DNA of 62,080 nt from a virus (IMGVR_UViG_3300031963_000147:1-62080), one strand, 5' to 3'; shown: positions 31,040-41,885, numbered from the stretch's first letter. Translations and numbers: made by a program. The notes: a model not told the origin generated them from the sequence alone.

Positions 31040-31825
31040 TTATCTGATCGCAAATCCGGATGATCTCCATACCATATCCTGACCCTCGTTTTCCGTCAGC
31101 ATTTTCGCCAATGAGTTTGAATCAAACAGCCTTCTTTCGTAATCGTCTTTGAATACGGCAACCATATCTTTTGCCAATGCACGCACTTTCGGGCGAAGCT
31201 GGCATATACGGTAGATCAAAAACGCTTCAAACGCAGCGCGATATGCTTGCGGAACCAATGTGCCTGGATTAACGTCGGCGCCGGAAGACAGGTATTCAAT
31301 AAACGTATCTCCCACGCGAAGATTCTCAGAAAACCGGATGCAGTTGTTCTGGTAATCTGGGCGGTAGTAATTCAAGGCATATCCGCCGCCTTGTCCATAC
31401 AGAACCGGAACCCATGTGCTTGTTCCGTTCAATCCGTATGGAGACAGGTAAAATCCAAGATTCTGATTTGGTGAATCCTGGGTGATCTCCGTTTCACATT
31501 TGGCAATCGGCTGAGAAAGGTCAATGTCCTCATTCAATCCGAGGATATGAATCATGCCGGCATTCCACCCGGCCATGCGGTATGCAATTTTGGTGTACCG
31601 GATATAATCCGAGGGAAAAGACCATACGCGTGTTTTCAGCGTGATGGGAAAATGTACCGTCTTCAGTGATGGCATGTGAAAGCCCCGGAGACGATCTGAA
31701 TAATACGCCATGGCAATATTCATCAACCATGCACTGTCACTTCCAGACATGCCGTATTCAGTCATTTGATCTATGACTGAATCACAAATGCTCTGTATGT
31801 TGGATATTCTTACTGCGTTGTTCAT
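31040..31825 (-). CDS. Putative tail ring/tubular (adaptor) protein
   Basis: 261 aa; FPSDYIRYTKI motif and IEYLS..........LVP pattern of P22 gp4/T7 gp11-like ring proteins; position. Confidence 0.6.
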   Translation of the reverse strand: MNNAVRISNIQSICDSVIDQMTEYGMSGSDSAWLMNIAMAYYSDRLRGFHMPSLKTVHFPITLKTRVWSFPSDYIRYTKIAYRMAGWNAGMIHILGLNEDIDLSQPIAKCETEITQDSPNQNLGFYLSPYGLNGTSTWVPVLYGQGGGYALNYYRPDYQNNCIRFSENLRVGDTFIEYLSSGADVNPGTLVPQAYRAAFEAFLIYRICQLRPKVRALAKDMVAVFKDDYERRLFDSNSLAKMLTENEGQDMVWRSSGFAIR

Positions 31826-32394
31826 CTGCGTGCTTTAGCTTGCATCATATCTCTGTGTGAATCATTCTGCTTTTCAGGCAGTGATTGAACCCTCATGCGC
31901 TGAACAACAAGATCCAGCCATTTTGTTTCGTTGCCCTGAAGAATCACCGGCGCATCATAGTCCAATTCACTGAAATTCGGAATGTACAATACGCTGGCGG
32001 TCGAATTTACCGGTGTAGTAGAAAACGAGATATATTCTCCTTCAACTTTTGCTACCGGTATTCCAGGTGACATGGATTGATATACAAAGAACTTTGCCGC
32101 CGGAACGATATTGAAGCGCTGAACGCCGCTAGAAATGTAAAAAACACCTTTTGGACCAATCGGGGGATATGCCAGCGCTGTTTTGTTGTACGCTGCAGTT
32201 GTGCTGACAGTAATATCCTCGGTGATCGCCATTGCTTCCGCAGCGGCGGGGTTGTCCGAAACCAGATCGTCATAAACCACACCAAGAGCAGCCTCGATTG
32301 ATTGAGGATGATAGGTTCCCCGAATATCCGCTGGCGCGTCACCTCCGGCAAGGTAAATCTGAACAAGTTCTATTGCTGCCTGCTTTACTATCAT
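31822..32394 (-). CDS. Putative tail ring protein
   Basis: 190 aa, coupled within the ring-gene run. Confidence 0.5.
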   Translation of the reverse strand: MIVKQAAIELVQIYLAGGDAPADIRGTYHPQSIEAALGVVYDDLVSDNPAAAEAMAITEDITVSTTAAYNKTALAYPPIGPKGVFYISSGVQRFNIVPAAKFFVYQSMSPGIPVAKVEGEYISFSTTPVNSTASVLYIPNFSELDYDAPVILQGNETKWLDLVVQRMRVQSLPEKQNDSHRDMMQAKARR

Positions 32395-33125
32395 TCAGTT
32401 CCTTGTCTTGATTGTTGAACAAATGAATTTTGAAGATCCTGCTGAGAATGGATGCTTCTGGAAATAACTCGAACCAGCGCTTCTACATAATCATCCAAAG
32501 CTGATTCAGGCCAGTCAGGTTGAGTAGATGTTGTCGGATCATAAATCACAGTACCGTTTGAAACTGTATATCCGAGAACCGCCGGAACCGGACGGCGCAG
32601 GATGGTAAGACCAATCTGCTTGATGTTGGCCGGAGCCACCATAAGAGCCGGTACATATTCTTCATTTCCCTGCAAATCTTGCTGGAAAACAGTGGTGTAA
32701 CAAGCAATCGGATATTTGGCCTTTGGCTTCAGGACTTTTGTTGATCTCCGGTAATTAAAGGTAGCATCATCCAAAAATTCCAAGTTGTTGAACTCCCTAG
32801 ATGCCTGACAGTTCTTATTCAGGAACGTGGATGAATACCCGCTGGATGGATAGTAAAAATCATCCGGAAGAATCACCCTGCCGAAGCTGTCTACTGATAG
32901 TTTTGGAGTTTCCGGTGTTCCGTATGTCTTGAACAAATGAATCAGGTTCGTGGAAAGTATCCTGGTCTTTTCGTAGTCCTTGATGTACCCGTCCAAAACC
33001 TCGATGTCTGCCCATGGCAATGATTGATTGAACTTCATCGGAGAAAACGCCTGTCCATACTGATCTTTTCCGATCAATAGCAGAACTCGGTTCCAAACGT
33101 CACCTATGTTAATCAGGTTAGCCAT
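32391..33125 (-). CDS. Putative tail ring protein
   Basis: 244 aa; K.Q.G...SP..FN, LPDDFYY and LRRP.P motifs resembling crAss-like ring proteins. Confidence 0.6.
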   Translation of the reverse strand: MANLINIGDVWNRVLLLIGKDQYGQAFSPMKFNQSLPWADIEVLDGYIKDYEKTRILSTNLIHLFKTYGTPETPKLSVDSFGRVILPDDFYYPSSGYSSTFLNKNCQASREFNNLEFLDDATFNYRRSTKVLKPKAKYPIACYTTVFQQDLQGNEEYVPALMVAPANIKQIGLTILRRPVPAVLGYTVSNGTVIYDPTTSTQPDWPESALDDYVEALVRVISRSIHSQQDLQNSFVQQSRQGTE

Positions 33126-35935
33126 TAATAGTGTTCAACAAAAAATCTCCATTTAAAACCTGTCAAAACTTGGTTGTTTCTGAAAAAGACGCCAAGTGCG
33201 CCGGAAATCCATTGGTCAACTGTTTGCCCCGGATTGTAAGGGTTGTCTATTTGTCCTTGGTAGACATTACCAATGACAGAAATTCCTCCAATTTGAGCGC
33301 TGTTGTAAAACACTTCGCCCCAAACGGTTCCTGCATCACCAACATTAGCAGTCAAATCACCCACCCCTAATGTTGCTCCAGCCATAGCGTATGTATTTCC
33401 TCCGCTTGCGGGCAAAGTACCCGCAGACATTCCATCTACCGTAACAAAAGCGCCGGTAGACGGGTCGTAAAGGTTTTTTGCTGTTGCCATACTTGTAAGA
33501 AGGCCTCCTGTAAATCCCGTTGCGCTCAAATTTGTGTACCACTTAATTTTGGTAATACCAAGCCACGGAGTACCTTCTTTAAACATAACAGATTGAAGTC
33601 CTGGAGGTGTTGTTGGTGCCGGATCAATCATTATGTTTGGAGTAAGAAGCCCGTTATAGGCATATCCCGTTCCTGCATAAACGCTTGTTCTTTCAACTTG
33701 ATTGGCATTGTTTGCGGCCATAATCATATTGAAGCCACCAGACGTGTTTGAAATAATGTCTCCACTGTCATACTGCGCTGTTGCGGGTGGCGTCCAAGTC
33801 CAAGCGCCAGGCAGAGGATTCTCGATGCAAATAAACTCGTAGCTTTTCCCATCGGGCGGAACCAGTACAGGCGTGTCTATTGGCAAATTGTTTATCTGCC
33901 CACCTGGGTTCGAGGGATAAAGGACAAGCATAGCGTTTGTCATATTTACAACGATCGTTGACTTTCCTGTTACTGGTTGTGGCAGTTTTGTACAGTAATC
34001 AGAAGCCGTAATGGTCCTGAATACGTTTACTCCATACTGCATAACAGATGTTGTCGAACTGTTTGTTCCTTCAGCAACAAGATTGTCATAAACAGAAAGA
34101 ACCTGTGCTGGCGACGCAGAAGGAATCCACTCTGCATCCCCGATATTGTTTCCTATACATTCATATCTTGTTCCATTATATTCTACAATAGCTCCTATTG
34201 CCCATCCATGAGCAACATCCCAATCAATCGTAGGCGCTGAAGAAACAATGCTAAAGTTGTATCCTTTTGTAACTGTTTTGTTTTCACCTGCTTGCGTTGG
34301 ATGAAAAACTTGAATGCTAGAACCGTTGTCTGCAGAATTTGTGTCTTCACTTGCAGACTTATACGTTGTTTGAGGCGTATTAATTCCTGAATTTCCAGAC
34401 GTAAAAACAGCTTCTTCGCCGTTGTTGTTTTGAATGGTTCCTATTTGCTGACCGGCTTCATTTTGGAAAATAGCATATTTAGCCCCAAACGAGTCCGAAA
34501 CTTTAGCCTCATTTCCCGCATCAATGACTTGTTGCAAATTAGGGCCGGAAACAGTATAAACCTCCCAAACCGCCGCGCCGGTGGTCGGGTCTGTGCATCG
34601 GTATGAAATGCCGCTTTGTTTGTCCGTCCACACCGCGTAAATCTGAACACCCGCAGAAGCATCATCGTTTACCGTCGGAGGGTTGCCGCCACCGTCGTAA
34701 AGTCTCCACTGAATCAATGAATTCAGTGTCTCCAAGTAGGTGATCTCGTCGGAAGGAAGGTTCTGAATCTTCTTATACGTGCTTTCATCGCATCCGCAGG
34801 AACAACCAAGCGACCCGATCGCCTCATTAATAAGGTCAACCATTTCCTTGTACTTCACCCAGTCTGAGCAGTCCTGAGATACCCATGCCATATTCAGCCA
34901 GGTAAGGATATTGATAAGTGAAGCAAGGTTGGCAGATGTTCCGCCGGAGGAAAGGTCCTGTTGTGTTTTTGCCAAAAGTTCCAGAACACATTTTTGAATC
35001 CCGCAAAGGCTGGAAGAGCAAATGACTGTTTCAGTGACAATTTTCGTGAATGAATAAGTCACAATCAGCCCGTCATTCTGCGTGTACGTCACGGTTCCGG
35101 ACAACTGAATTTGCCATGGTCCTTCATACAATTCACTTACCGTTCCAGTCACCGGAGCATCCGTGCCGTTGAAAACAACGTCGGAAGTATTGTATGGAAT
35201 CTTTGTCCACTGCGGGTGCATGAATCGCAGTGAAGAGGAAACAAGCTGCTGATCTCCATAAACGGTTTCGTCTGAAGAGGTGATGTATCCATAAAGGCCG
35301 GAACGACAACTGTACTGTGTGTTGAGAACCGGAACAACCTGAACGCATGGGTTCCATGTGTATGCCTGAGACCATGCATCATGTGCAATAGTAAATGCAA
35401 TGCCAGGTCCGCCGATGGATTCAGTTGTCAGTGTGTTTGAAACATAAATCCGAGACTGCGGATCTGAATATTCAGTAGACGCCACAACCCTTGCGCCGTT
35501 GTTTCCTGGGTTCGCTGCACCAGATACCGTGAATGCGTCACCGGCTTCCAAGAACTGATAAAGCCAGTTGTTGTTTGCAAAATACCGGTTATCCGGAGCA
35601 CCAGTCACACCAACGTTGATGTTTGCTGGATTCAGGTAAAGCTGAAGATTCAGCGTGTATTCTCCGGGAGCAATGCTGTCAACACCGGCATTCTCTACCG
35701 TTGGAAGATCAATCGGGGCCGACTGTGTTGCGCCGCCTCCAAGATTGATACACGGAGCCGCCGGCGTCCATGTTATTACGGCAGTACCGTCGGGACCCAA
35801 AAGAGACCCTATGATTTTGGCTCCAAGTGTCGCCAAATTCATTCCGTAATCAGTGAGGTAATCGGTGAGCGCGGTAACAACGCCTGTATTGTCGTTGTCG
35901 TTGAATTCCAGACTAAAAGATTGTGATAGTGCCAT
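33125..35935 (-). CDS. Large structural protein (tail hub/fibre or head appendage)
   Basis: 936 aa, T/G/N/S-rich. Repeated PT...D...G......W..........W modules, a CSCGC segment and LQQVIDAGN. Confidence 0.6.
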   Translation of the reverse strand: MALSQSFSLEFNDNDNTGVVTALTDYLTDYGMNLATLGAKIIGSLLGPDGTAVITWTPAAPCINLGGGATQSAPIDLPTVENAGVDSIAPGEYTLNLQLYLNPANINVGVTGAPDNRYFANNNWLYQFLEAGDAFTVSGAANPGNNGARVVASTEYSDPQSRIYVSNTLTTESIGGPGIAFTIAHDAWSQAYTWNPCVQVVPVLNTQYSCRSGLYGYITSSDETVYGDQQLVSSSLRFMHPQWTKIPYNTSDVVFNGTDAPVTGTVSELYEGPWQIQLSGTVTYTQNDGLIVTYSFTKIVTETVICSSSLCGIQKCVLELLAKTQQDLSSGGTSANLASLINILTWLNMAWVSQDCSDWVKYKEMVDLINEAIGSLGCSCGCDESTYKKIQNLPSDEITYLETLNSLIQWRLYDGGGNPPTVNDDASAGVQIYAVWTDKQSGISYRCTDPTTGAAVWEVYTVSGPNLQQVIDAGNEAKVSDSFGAKYAIFQNEAGQQIGTIQNNNGEEAVFTSGNSGINTPQTTYKSASEDTNSADNGSSIQVFHPTQAGENKTVTKGYNFSIVSSAPTIDWDVAHGWAIGAIVEYNGTRYECIGNNIGDAEWIPSASPAQVLSVYDNLVAEGTNSSTTSVMQYGVNVFRTITASDYCTKLPQPVTGKSTIVVNMTNAMLVLYPSNPGGQINNLPIDTPVLVPPDGKSYEFICIENPLPGAWTWTPPATAQYDSGDIISNTSGGFNMIMAANNANQVERTSVYAGTGYAYNGLLTPNIMIDPAPTTPPGLQSVMFKEGTPWLGITKIKWYTNLSATGFTGGLLTSMATAKNLYDPSTGAFVTVDGMSAGTLPASGGNTYAMAGATLGVGDLTANVGDAGTVWGEVFYNSAQIGGISVIGNVYQGQIDNPYNPGQTVDQWISGALGVFFRNNQVLTGFKWRFFVEHY

Positions 35936-35943
35936 GATGGGTT

Positions 35944-35951
35944 CAAATGTA
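35944..35951 (-). promoter_or_regulatory. Bacteroidota -7 element
   Basis: TACATTTG 8 nt before the ATG at 35935, just after a terminator. Confidence 0.6.
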
Positions 35952-35955
35952 AAAG

Positions 35956-35981
35956 AAAGGGCGGCATAATCGCCGCCCTTT
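35956..35981 (-). terminator. Intrinsic terminator
   Basis: AAAGGGCGGC-ATAATC-GCCGCCCTTT; U-rich tail on the - strand. Confidence 0.8.
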
Positions 35982-36007
35982 GATAATTTATTTTCAGCAG
36001 TTTTTTC

Positions 36008-36946
36008 TTACGAATTCACCACGGCAGAAACCTCTTCGAAAAGAGCCGGATTCAGGGAAAGTTCTTCTCCCAGATTGAACTTCTTCTCTTTATCAGTATC
36101 TCCTTTTACCAGGCACAAATCAATGGAAAGAACGTCGGATTTTTTCAATTTCCACTTTCCTTCTTCTTCATAAATCACGCCTGATTTCACACCGGCATTC
36201 ACGCAAGAAGAAACTTCTTTTGACCCAATCTTCGGCATTTCCTTAATGGCAGATGCTTTTGCTTTTTCGTATGCGCTACGATCTTTCATCGCTTTCACAT
36301 ATTCAAAGAGATTGTCGCGGTCGAGGTCTTCGTTTCCTGCAGACTTCAAGTGGAGAATTTGCATGATCGCAAGAGCATGTTCGTACTTCATGCAGCTTTC
36401 TTCAAACAGGATTTCCTGCTCCAGAATGCGTTCCGGAGACGGACGGCGCTTGGTGGCGGCTTTCTTCTCAGGATGCACAAATTCAAAACGCGAATTGTGA
36501 TTTACGTGAGATCCGCCATGAATTCCCGGAAACATGCAATACACAAAAATTGCCTTTTCAACTTCTTCTTTGCCGAAACGTGCTCCGTCATAAATGACGA
36601 TGGGCGTTGAAACGGCATCAAAGTCTGGAATACCTGCGGCATTGAAGCGCGGAGGAACATCGGAATAGAAAACAGTCTGTTTTTGATTCAGATCATCCAG
36701 ATAAAAACCATCATTGGTAAGCGTTTGCGGTCTTGGCGCTGACTTGGATGATCGCACCATCTTTGATTCTTCCGTGGACTTTCCGCCGGCATAAATCTGC
36801 CTGGTGATTCGAGCACTGTCTTTGGCCTCGATAATTACCGATGCCTTTCCGTCTTTGAAACCTGGGTAATCCTGCTCGATTTTTTCCAAAAACGGTTTCA
36901 GTTCTTTGTCCAGAGTAAGCCGGACGCCTTTTTCATTGTAAATCAT
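36008..36946 (-). CDS. Hypothetical head-module protein downstream of the major capsid gene
   Basis: 312 aa; occupies the post-MCP slot seen in crAss-like head modules (inference from synteny). Confidence 0.6.
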   Translation of the reverse strand: MIYNEKGVRLTLDKELKPFLEKIEQDYPGFKDGKASVIIEAKDSARITRQIYAGGKSTEESKMVRSSKSAPRPQTLTNDGFYLDDLNQKQTVFYSDVPPRFNAAGIPDFDAVSTPIVIYDGARFGKEEVEKAIFVYCMFPGIHGGSHVNHNSRFEFVHPEKKAATKRRPSPERILEQEILFEESCMKYEHALAIMQILHLKSAGNEDLDRDNLFEYVKAMKDRSAYEKAKASAIKEMPKIGSKEVSSCVNAGVKSGVIYEEEGKWKLKKSDVLSIDLCLVKGDTDKEKKFNLGEELSLNPALFEEVSAVVNS

Positions 36947-36968
36947 AGCTTATTTGCTGTGTTTAATG

Positions 36969-36996
36969 AAAAAAGGAGGGGCTTTTATACCCCTCC
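36969..36996 (-). terminator. Intrinsic terminator after the major capsid gene
   Basis: GGAGGGG/CCCCTCC stem followed by a U6 tract on the - strand. Confidence 0.75.
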
Positions 36997-37013
36997 CGTT
37001 TTCAGGTTGATAA

Positions 37014-38414
37014 TTACGGTTTCTGCAAATACACGCACTGAGAAAGAGCGCGTTGTCCGAAGCCCATGAATGAGCGCATACCGAATGCGCGTTCATTAGC
37101 CTCGTTGGTAGGTCCGCCGTCAGCCAACCATCCAAGTGTACCAGTATTACCGATCAGGTTGTACTTGCCAAGAGACTTGTACCCCATTTCGATGATACCC
37201 ACAGGATTGTTGTTTCCGTCCTTCACGCGAACTGCTGGTGCTACAAAGCCCGCAGTAAGGAAAAGGTTGTTTGTCGGGTCAACACCAAACACACGATTTG
37301 CATCGTAGGAGATGTTGAGCTGACGGTTGTTCAGCGTCACGCCGTCGAGGATGGCCGTGTTCACGTCGAAACGACGGAGCAAACCATTACCAGACTGAGG
37401 AACGTTTTCGAACAGCAACTGCTCGGTGTGAGCAATAGACTGATTTACGTTCAGGTCGGTCACGGCAGACTGAGACACAAACATGCCTTGGAACGCACGG
37501 TAAGTGGTCTTTGGGTACATGTTCATAATTGGACCGAAAACGCCATTGGCTTTTACGGTGTCAATCACAGTGCGCTGCTGAGCGAGGGTGGCTGCGCCGG
37601 CGGTGTAGTTTACCAGTGTAGCGTCGGTGGAGAAGGCGTCCCACATACCGCGTGTGGTCATTGCCTGACCAGTTGCAGAAGTGTAGGCTCCGAGCCACAT
37701 TGCGCCTGCCTGCTGAACTGCCATGCGGCGTTCGCAGTCCATAACCTGCTTGTCTCCCCACATGGCGATAGCGTTTCCGTTTTCGTCAGTGTTGATCCAG
37801 AGCTGGTCGGTGAGAACGTCGGCAGTGGTTTTGATCTTTTCAGCAAAGCGCTGGAGCTTGGCAGACTGCTTTTCCACGTAGCTGTCCTTAGCATCTGGAA
37901 GTGACTGCGCGTCTTCCTGTTCTGCCAGGGTGTAGATCGCGTATTCCTTACCGGCTGAAGGCACAGTCCAGTTTGTGCCCTGAGAAGACACTGCTGTAAT
38001 TGTGAAGTCAGTACCGCCGTCAACGATGTTGGTGATTTGACCACGATTGACAGTTGGACCCATATCAATGATACGGTCGCCAATACGAGGGTAAATGCTT
38101 CGTTGTGATCCCAGGGTGTTAATCAGGGATGTGTTGATCGTAAACACCAGTGTGGTTGTCGCTGTTCCTGCGTCAGCCTTAACAACGATTTTCTCGTTGA
38201 AAGGAAGTTCGTCGAACCAGTTCCATCCGTCGGAGTTGTTTACAATGCGTCGTGCGCCCTGCATTTTCCAGAACACAAGTTCTTTGTAATACGGGTCGTT
38301 ACCGTAAGCGTCAATCATTTTTGACGCAAACTGCGGAGTAACGATGTCCAGACCTGTCATCCAAGTGTGCTGGTTGACCTGGCCGGAGTATGAGTTTGCG
38401 GGTTGAATTGCCAT
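37014..38414 (-). CDS. Major capsid protein (HK97 fold expected)
   Basis: 466 aa after portal and scaffold and followed by a terminator. WNWFDE, LQRFAEKIKTT, TRGMW and C-terminal MRSFMGF segments fit a Bacteroidota podophage MCP with an inserted beta domain. Confidence 0.75.
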   Translation of the reverse strand: MAIQPANSYSGQVNQHTWMTGLDIVTPQFASKMIDAYGNDPYYKELVFWKMQGARRIVNNSDGWNWFDELPFNEKIVVKADAGTATTTLVFTINTSLINTLGSQRSIYPRIGDRIIDMGPTVNRGQITNIVDGGTDFTITAVSSQGTNWTVPSAGKEYAIYTLAEQEDAQSLPDAKDSYVEKQSAKLQRFAEKIKTTADVLTDQLWINTDENGNAIAMWGDKQVMDCERRMAVQQAGAMWLGAYTSATGQAMTTRGMWDAFSTDATLVNYTAGAATLAQQRTVIDTVKANGVFGPIMNMYPKTTYRAFQGMFVSQSAVTDLNVNQSIAHTEQLLFENVPQSGNGLLRRFDVNTAILDGVTLNNRQLNISYDANRVFGVDPTNNLFLTAGFVAPAVRVKDGNNNPVGIIEMGYKSLGKYNLIGNTGTLGWLADGGPTNEANERAFGMRSFMGFGQRALSQCVYLQKP

Positions 38415-38454
38415 TTTCGTTTAAAGTTGTGTGGTTTTTGGCGGAAATTTTCAA

Positions 38455-39612
38455 TCAGGATCCAAACGCTTGTTCGAATGCTGACTGGCCGACAGGGGCC
38501 GCCGTTCTTCCCAGCGACGCAAACGGATCACCTCCGTTCGCTGCGATTTTTTTCGCCTCTGCCAAGTAATGACCTTTCACCTTGTCTTTCAGGGCAGAAA
38601 GGTTATCTTGGAGAAACTTTGCGATGCCTGCCTCGTCCATTGCGCTACGGAGTATGGCCTGCTGCACGATGTTAATGCCTTTTTCATCAGGCTTTGTTGA
38701 TACGAACAACTGATTCATGGCTCTCAGAGCATTTTTTACCGTGTCTTCACCGACTGCTACTGACAGCGATAATTCTCCGAGTTCTGGATCAGTTATTTTT
38801 ATCGTCCGAGGTGCTGAACTTTCGGAAAGAACTTTTTGAACCACCGGTTTCCATTGTTCAAAATTCTCTCCGGCCAGCTTATCTGCCTCTGCTTTTTGCT
38901 CTTGCAAAGATGAATAAAAATCTTTTGGCGACTTTATTGCCTCCAATTTTTGTTCAACATTTTTAAACAGGCCAATAGCCTTGATCTGAAGAGTGTCTTT
39001 TTCCTCTTCGTCAAGCAGGCTGGCATCCTCAATGTTGGGATTTACGCCGTGCTCTTTGGCAACTGCTTTGTAAACTTTGTCCCATCCCATTTCGGCAAGC
39101 TCAGGACTTTCCAAAAGCCTTGCTGCTGTAATAACAGCCAGCGGATTTTGTTTTACAGTATCCTTGCTCATGCCAACAATGTTCTTCATGGCTTTTTCAT
39201 CCTCAATCCCTGTTTGATTGTAAAAGTTAATCATGGGAGCAAACTTCTCCGGAATAGGATTCTTCGCGGACTGAAGTGTTGAAAAAGTTGATTCGATCTC
39301 AGTTTTCTTTGACCGGTATTCGCGGGCGTCATTTACATACGCCAACAGGTCGTCTTTTGATTTGATGTCTTCTCCAAATTCTGAGAAGTTGAATTCAGCA
39401 CTTGCGCCGGCATTGGCCGCCGGAGCCGCAGCACCTTCTCCAGCAGGTTTTTGTGCCCCGCCGTTACCTTCGCCTCCATCTCCGCCTGGAGCCTGTCTCT
39501 TCTCCGGATTGGCGGTGTAATATTCTTCAACCTTTGTGGCGGTTGTTTGCTCGTCCCATCCTTCCATCTGGTGTGAGAACTTCAATTCATCAGGTATCTG
39601 AGTGTTTTCCAT
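38455..39612 (-). CDS. Putative capsid scaffolding protein
   Basis: 385 aa, acidic and helical, disordered N-terminus; between portal and MCP. Confidence 0.55.
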   Translation of the reverse strand: MENTQIPDELKFSHQMEGWDEQTTATKVEEYYTANPEKRQAPGGDGGEGNGGAQKPAGEGAAAPAANAGASAEFNFSEFGEDIKSKDDLLAYVNDAREYRSKKTEIESTFSTLQSAKNPIPEKFAPMINFYNQTGIEDEKAMKNIVGMSKDTVKQNPLAVITAARLLESPELAEMGWDKVYKAVAKEHGVNPNIEDASLLDEEEKDTLQIKAIGLFKNVEQKLEAIKSPKDFYSSLQEQKAEADKLAGENFEQWKPVVQKVLSESSAPRTIKITDPELGELSLSVAVGEDTVKNALRAMNQLFVSTKPDEKGINIVQQAILRSAMDEAGIAKFLQDNLSALKDKVKGHYLAEAKKIAANGGDPFASLGRTAAPVGQSAFEQAFGS

Positions 39613-39632
39613 AGCTATAAATTAATTGTTGT

Positions 39633-41885
39633 TTACGCGGCTGGTTGGTTTACGCCTTCAAGAGACTTTTCCAAGACAATTTTCTCTTTGTCTCCCTGAA
39701 GTTGTTGCTGATTAACGGTCAGGTCTGCTTCCATCTGCTTTTGAATCTTGCTGCCATTAATCATTTCAAGCAGTTGGGCTTTCATCTGTTCGGTTTTCTG
39801 TTTTTGCTGTTCGGCTACGGCTGCTGACTGCTGCTGACCCTGGAATGTTTCCTGTGCCGCTGCGGATCTTTCCTCTGCCTGTTTTCTTGCTGCGCGTTCT
39901 TCAGATACAGCGAGCATCCATGCTGCCATCTGCATGTTTCCGTTTTCAAGTTCGTTCTTGATTGAAATGGCATCCGAAGTAGAAACTCCAGCGTATCCGT
40001 TTTTACCGGCTTTAATAGATTCAGCCAAAAGCGTTTCAATGAACTGCTTATCCCTTGCGCTCGGCTTGGCAATGATCTTTGTACCAATTTCATTCAGTGA
40101 ATGTGCTTCTTCTTCCATCACCGCACGCACGTATTGTGAGCCAACGGTGCGGGAATAGTATTCCTGTGCGGACTTTACATACTTGATCTTCTGAATCAGT
40201 TTGGCTGCAATTTTCTGAGCCAGTCTTGTCTTCAAGCGATTGTATGTGCTGATAAGGACGTAAAGAGCGCCCTGTGTAGCGGCGATTTCCTGTTCTCCCA
40301 ATCGAACAAGCTCTGGTCTTTGATCTGGATTTGCAGCTACTGCGTTGGTAAGGCCGGCAAGCGACTGAATCTGCATGGTGCAAATGTCAATTTGCCTTTG
40401 AATCACTTCCAGACCCTGTTGACCTACCGGCGGAATGTGGAAAATACCGGATTTAGGGTCAATTCTACCAAGCGTATCGCCTCTGGTGGCAATGAATACG
40501 TTTCCGGTGTCTTCCGCCAACTGAACAACGTCTGCGCCTTTCAGTATTCCATGGCCGAAGTCCATGTTTGCCAAAATACCAACGTCAAAAACGGTTTTTT
40601 CGCCTTTTACGCTCTGGCGTAGCGCTCTTTGTTTAAGAACGCACATCTGAATTTCATCCAGCCATGGTTTCCATGCCTGAACAATAGAAATGTCCCCAGT
40701 GTAGACCTGAACATAAGGGAAGGCAGGGCATCCGTCAGGTAAAAATGTTAGGTTTTTCTCCTGTCCATAGTCTACTACATACGGGAAGCCGCAAACCCTG
40801 ATACCGCAATAAATCTTGGTGTAATCGTAGGTCTCGGTCTTCTTGTTTTCCTTGTTAACTACCTTTCCGTATTCCTCTGGGAACATTTTGCCATCACTGG
40901 TCTTTGTCCAGTATTCGGTGTCAATGCTTTTGAAATAAAAACGGAATACACGCACCATCATGTCATAGTACGGGAACCGCTGAGTAACCGGATCTCGATT
41001 TACATAATTGTCGAGATTGTACCCTTTGTTGTTTTGGAAATTTGACCTGGCAATTTTCAGAATTTCTTCATCAGTCATGCCCGGATATGCCTCTTTGAGC
41101 TTTGGAATAAGCTCTTCCATGGTCATCCATTCGTAGTTTCCGGCATACGGCGGCTCTACTGTTTCATCTTTGATATAGGCCGTTTTAAAATCAAGAGCCG
41201 GAATGACCGTAAATCCTAACGAACCGTCTTTGTTGTCGTGAATCCGCGCATAAACGTGACTGGTAAGCAGCATTTCATCAATCGCTACTCCGCTTTGATA
41301 GTCTTCCCAGTTTGAAATAGCAAAAGCGTTTTCAACCATCTTGCTTAGGCCGGTTTCAAACTGAAGGTTGAATCCGCCCATTTTCTCATACATAGCAAGT
41401 TCGGGCAGGCTCTCCGGTGTCCAGTAGTGGTTTTTCAGCGGAACGCCCACCTGCTGACGGAGGGCGTTTTCCTGTGAATCATGCCACAGAAAAGATTTCA
41501 GGTATGACTTTTTTCCTCTGGCTTGCTTTGAAAGTGATTCAATCTGAATGTTGTATTCATTCTTTTTGATTTCAGAATGAAGCGTCGATCTGTGCTTTCT
41601 GGCTTCGGGGTGAATCTCCATCGAGATATTGTTGTATCCCCGGCGGAGCGTTCCGTCTTTTTTGGTTCCCCTGAATCGCTTTTCGTACTGAGTAGGATCT
41701 TGTCTTCCTTCCAGGTAAGTTCTCATTACCGAATAGAAGTTCATGTAGTCATTTCCTCCCCACTGCCAGCGAAGGTCTCGTTGGTCGTTCAAAAGAGCCT
41801 CAGAGACTTGAAGCCCGTATTCCTTTGACGCCTTTACTTTAGGGTCAACGTTTGAACTGGGGTAAGCGGTAATAACTGTATCCAT
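39633..41885 (-). CDS. Portal protein
   Basis: About 750 aa from the ATG at 41885, directly after TerL. K...EYGLQV..A, R.Y..G.Q....Y, LAGLT and a Q-rich coiled C-terminus as in P22/crAss-type portals. Confidence 0.8.
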   Translation of the reverse strand: MDTVITAYPSSNVDPKVKASKEYGLQVSEALLNDQRDLRWQWGGNDYMNFYSVMRTYLEGRQDPTQYEKRFRGTKKDGTLRRGYNNISMEIHPEARKHRSTLHSEIKKNEYNIQIESLSKQARGKKSYLKSFLWHDSQENALRQQVGVPLKNHYWTPESLPELAMYEKMGGFNLQFETGLSKMVENAFAISNWEDYQSGVAIDEMLLTSHVYARIHDNKDGSLGFTVIPALDFKTAYIKDETVEPPYAGNYEWMTMEELIPKLKEAYPGMTDEEILKIARSNFQNNKGYNLDNYVNRDPVTQRFPYYDMMVRVFRFYFKSIDTEYWTKTSDGKMFPEEYGKVVNKENKKTETYDYTKIYCGIRVCGFPYVVDYGQEKNLTFLPDGCPAFPYVQVYTGDISIVQAWKPWLDEIQMCVLKQRALRQSVKGEKTVFDVGILANMDFGHGILKGADVVQLAEDTGNVFIATRGDTLGRIDPKSGIFHIPPVGQQGLEVIQRQIDICTMQIQSLAGLTNAVAANPDQRPELVRLGEQEIAATQGALYVLISTYNRLKTRLAQKIAAKLIQKIKYVKSAQEYYSRTVGSQYVRAVMEEEAHSLNEIGTKIIAKPSARDKQFIETLLAESIKAGKNGYAGVSTSDAISIKNELENGNMQMAAWMLAVSEERAARKQAEERSAAAQETFQGQQQSAAVAEQQKQKTEQMKAQLLEMINGSKIQKQMEADLTVNQQQLQGDKEKIVLEKSLEGVNQPAA

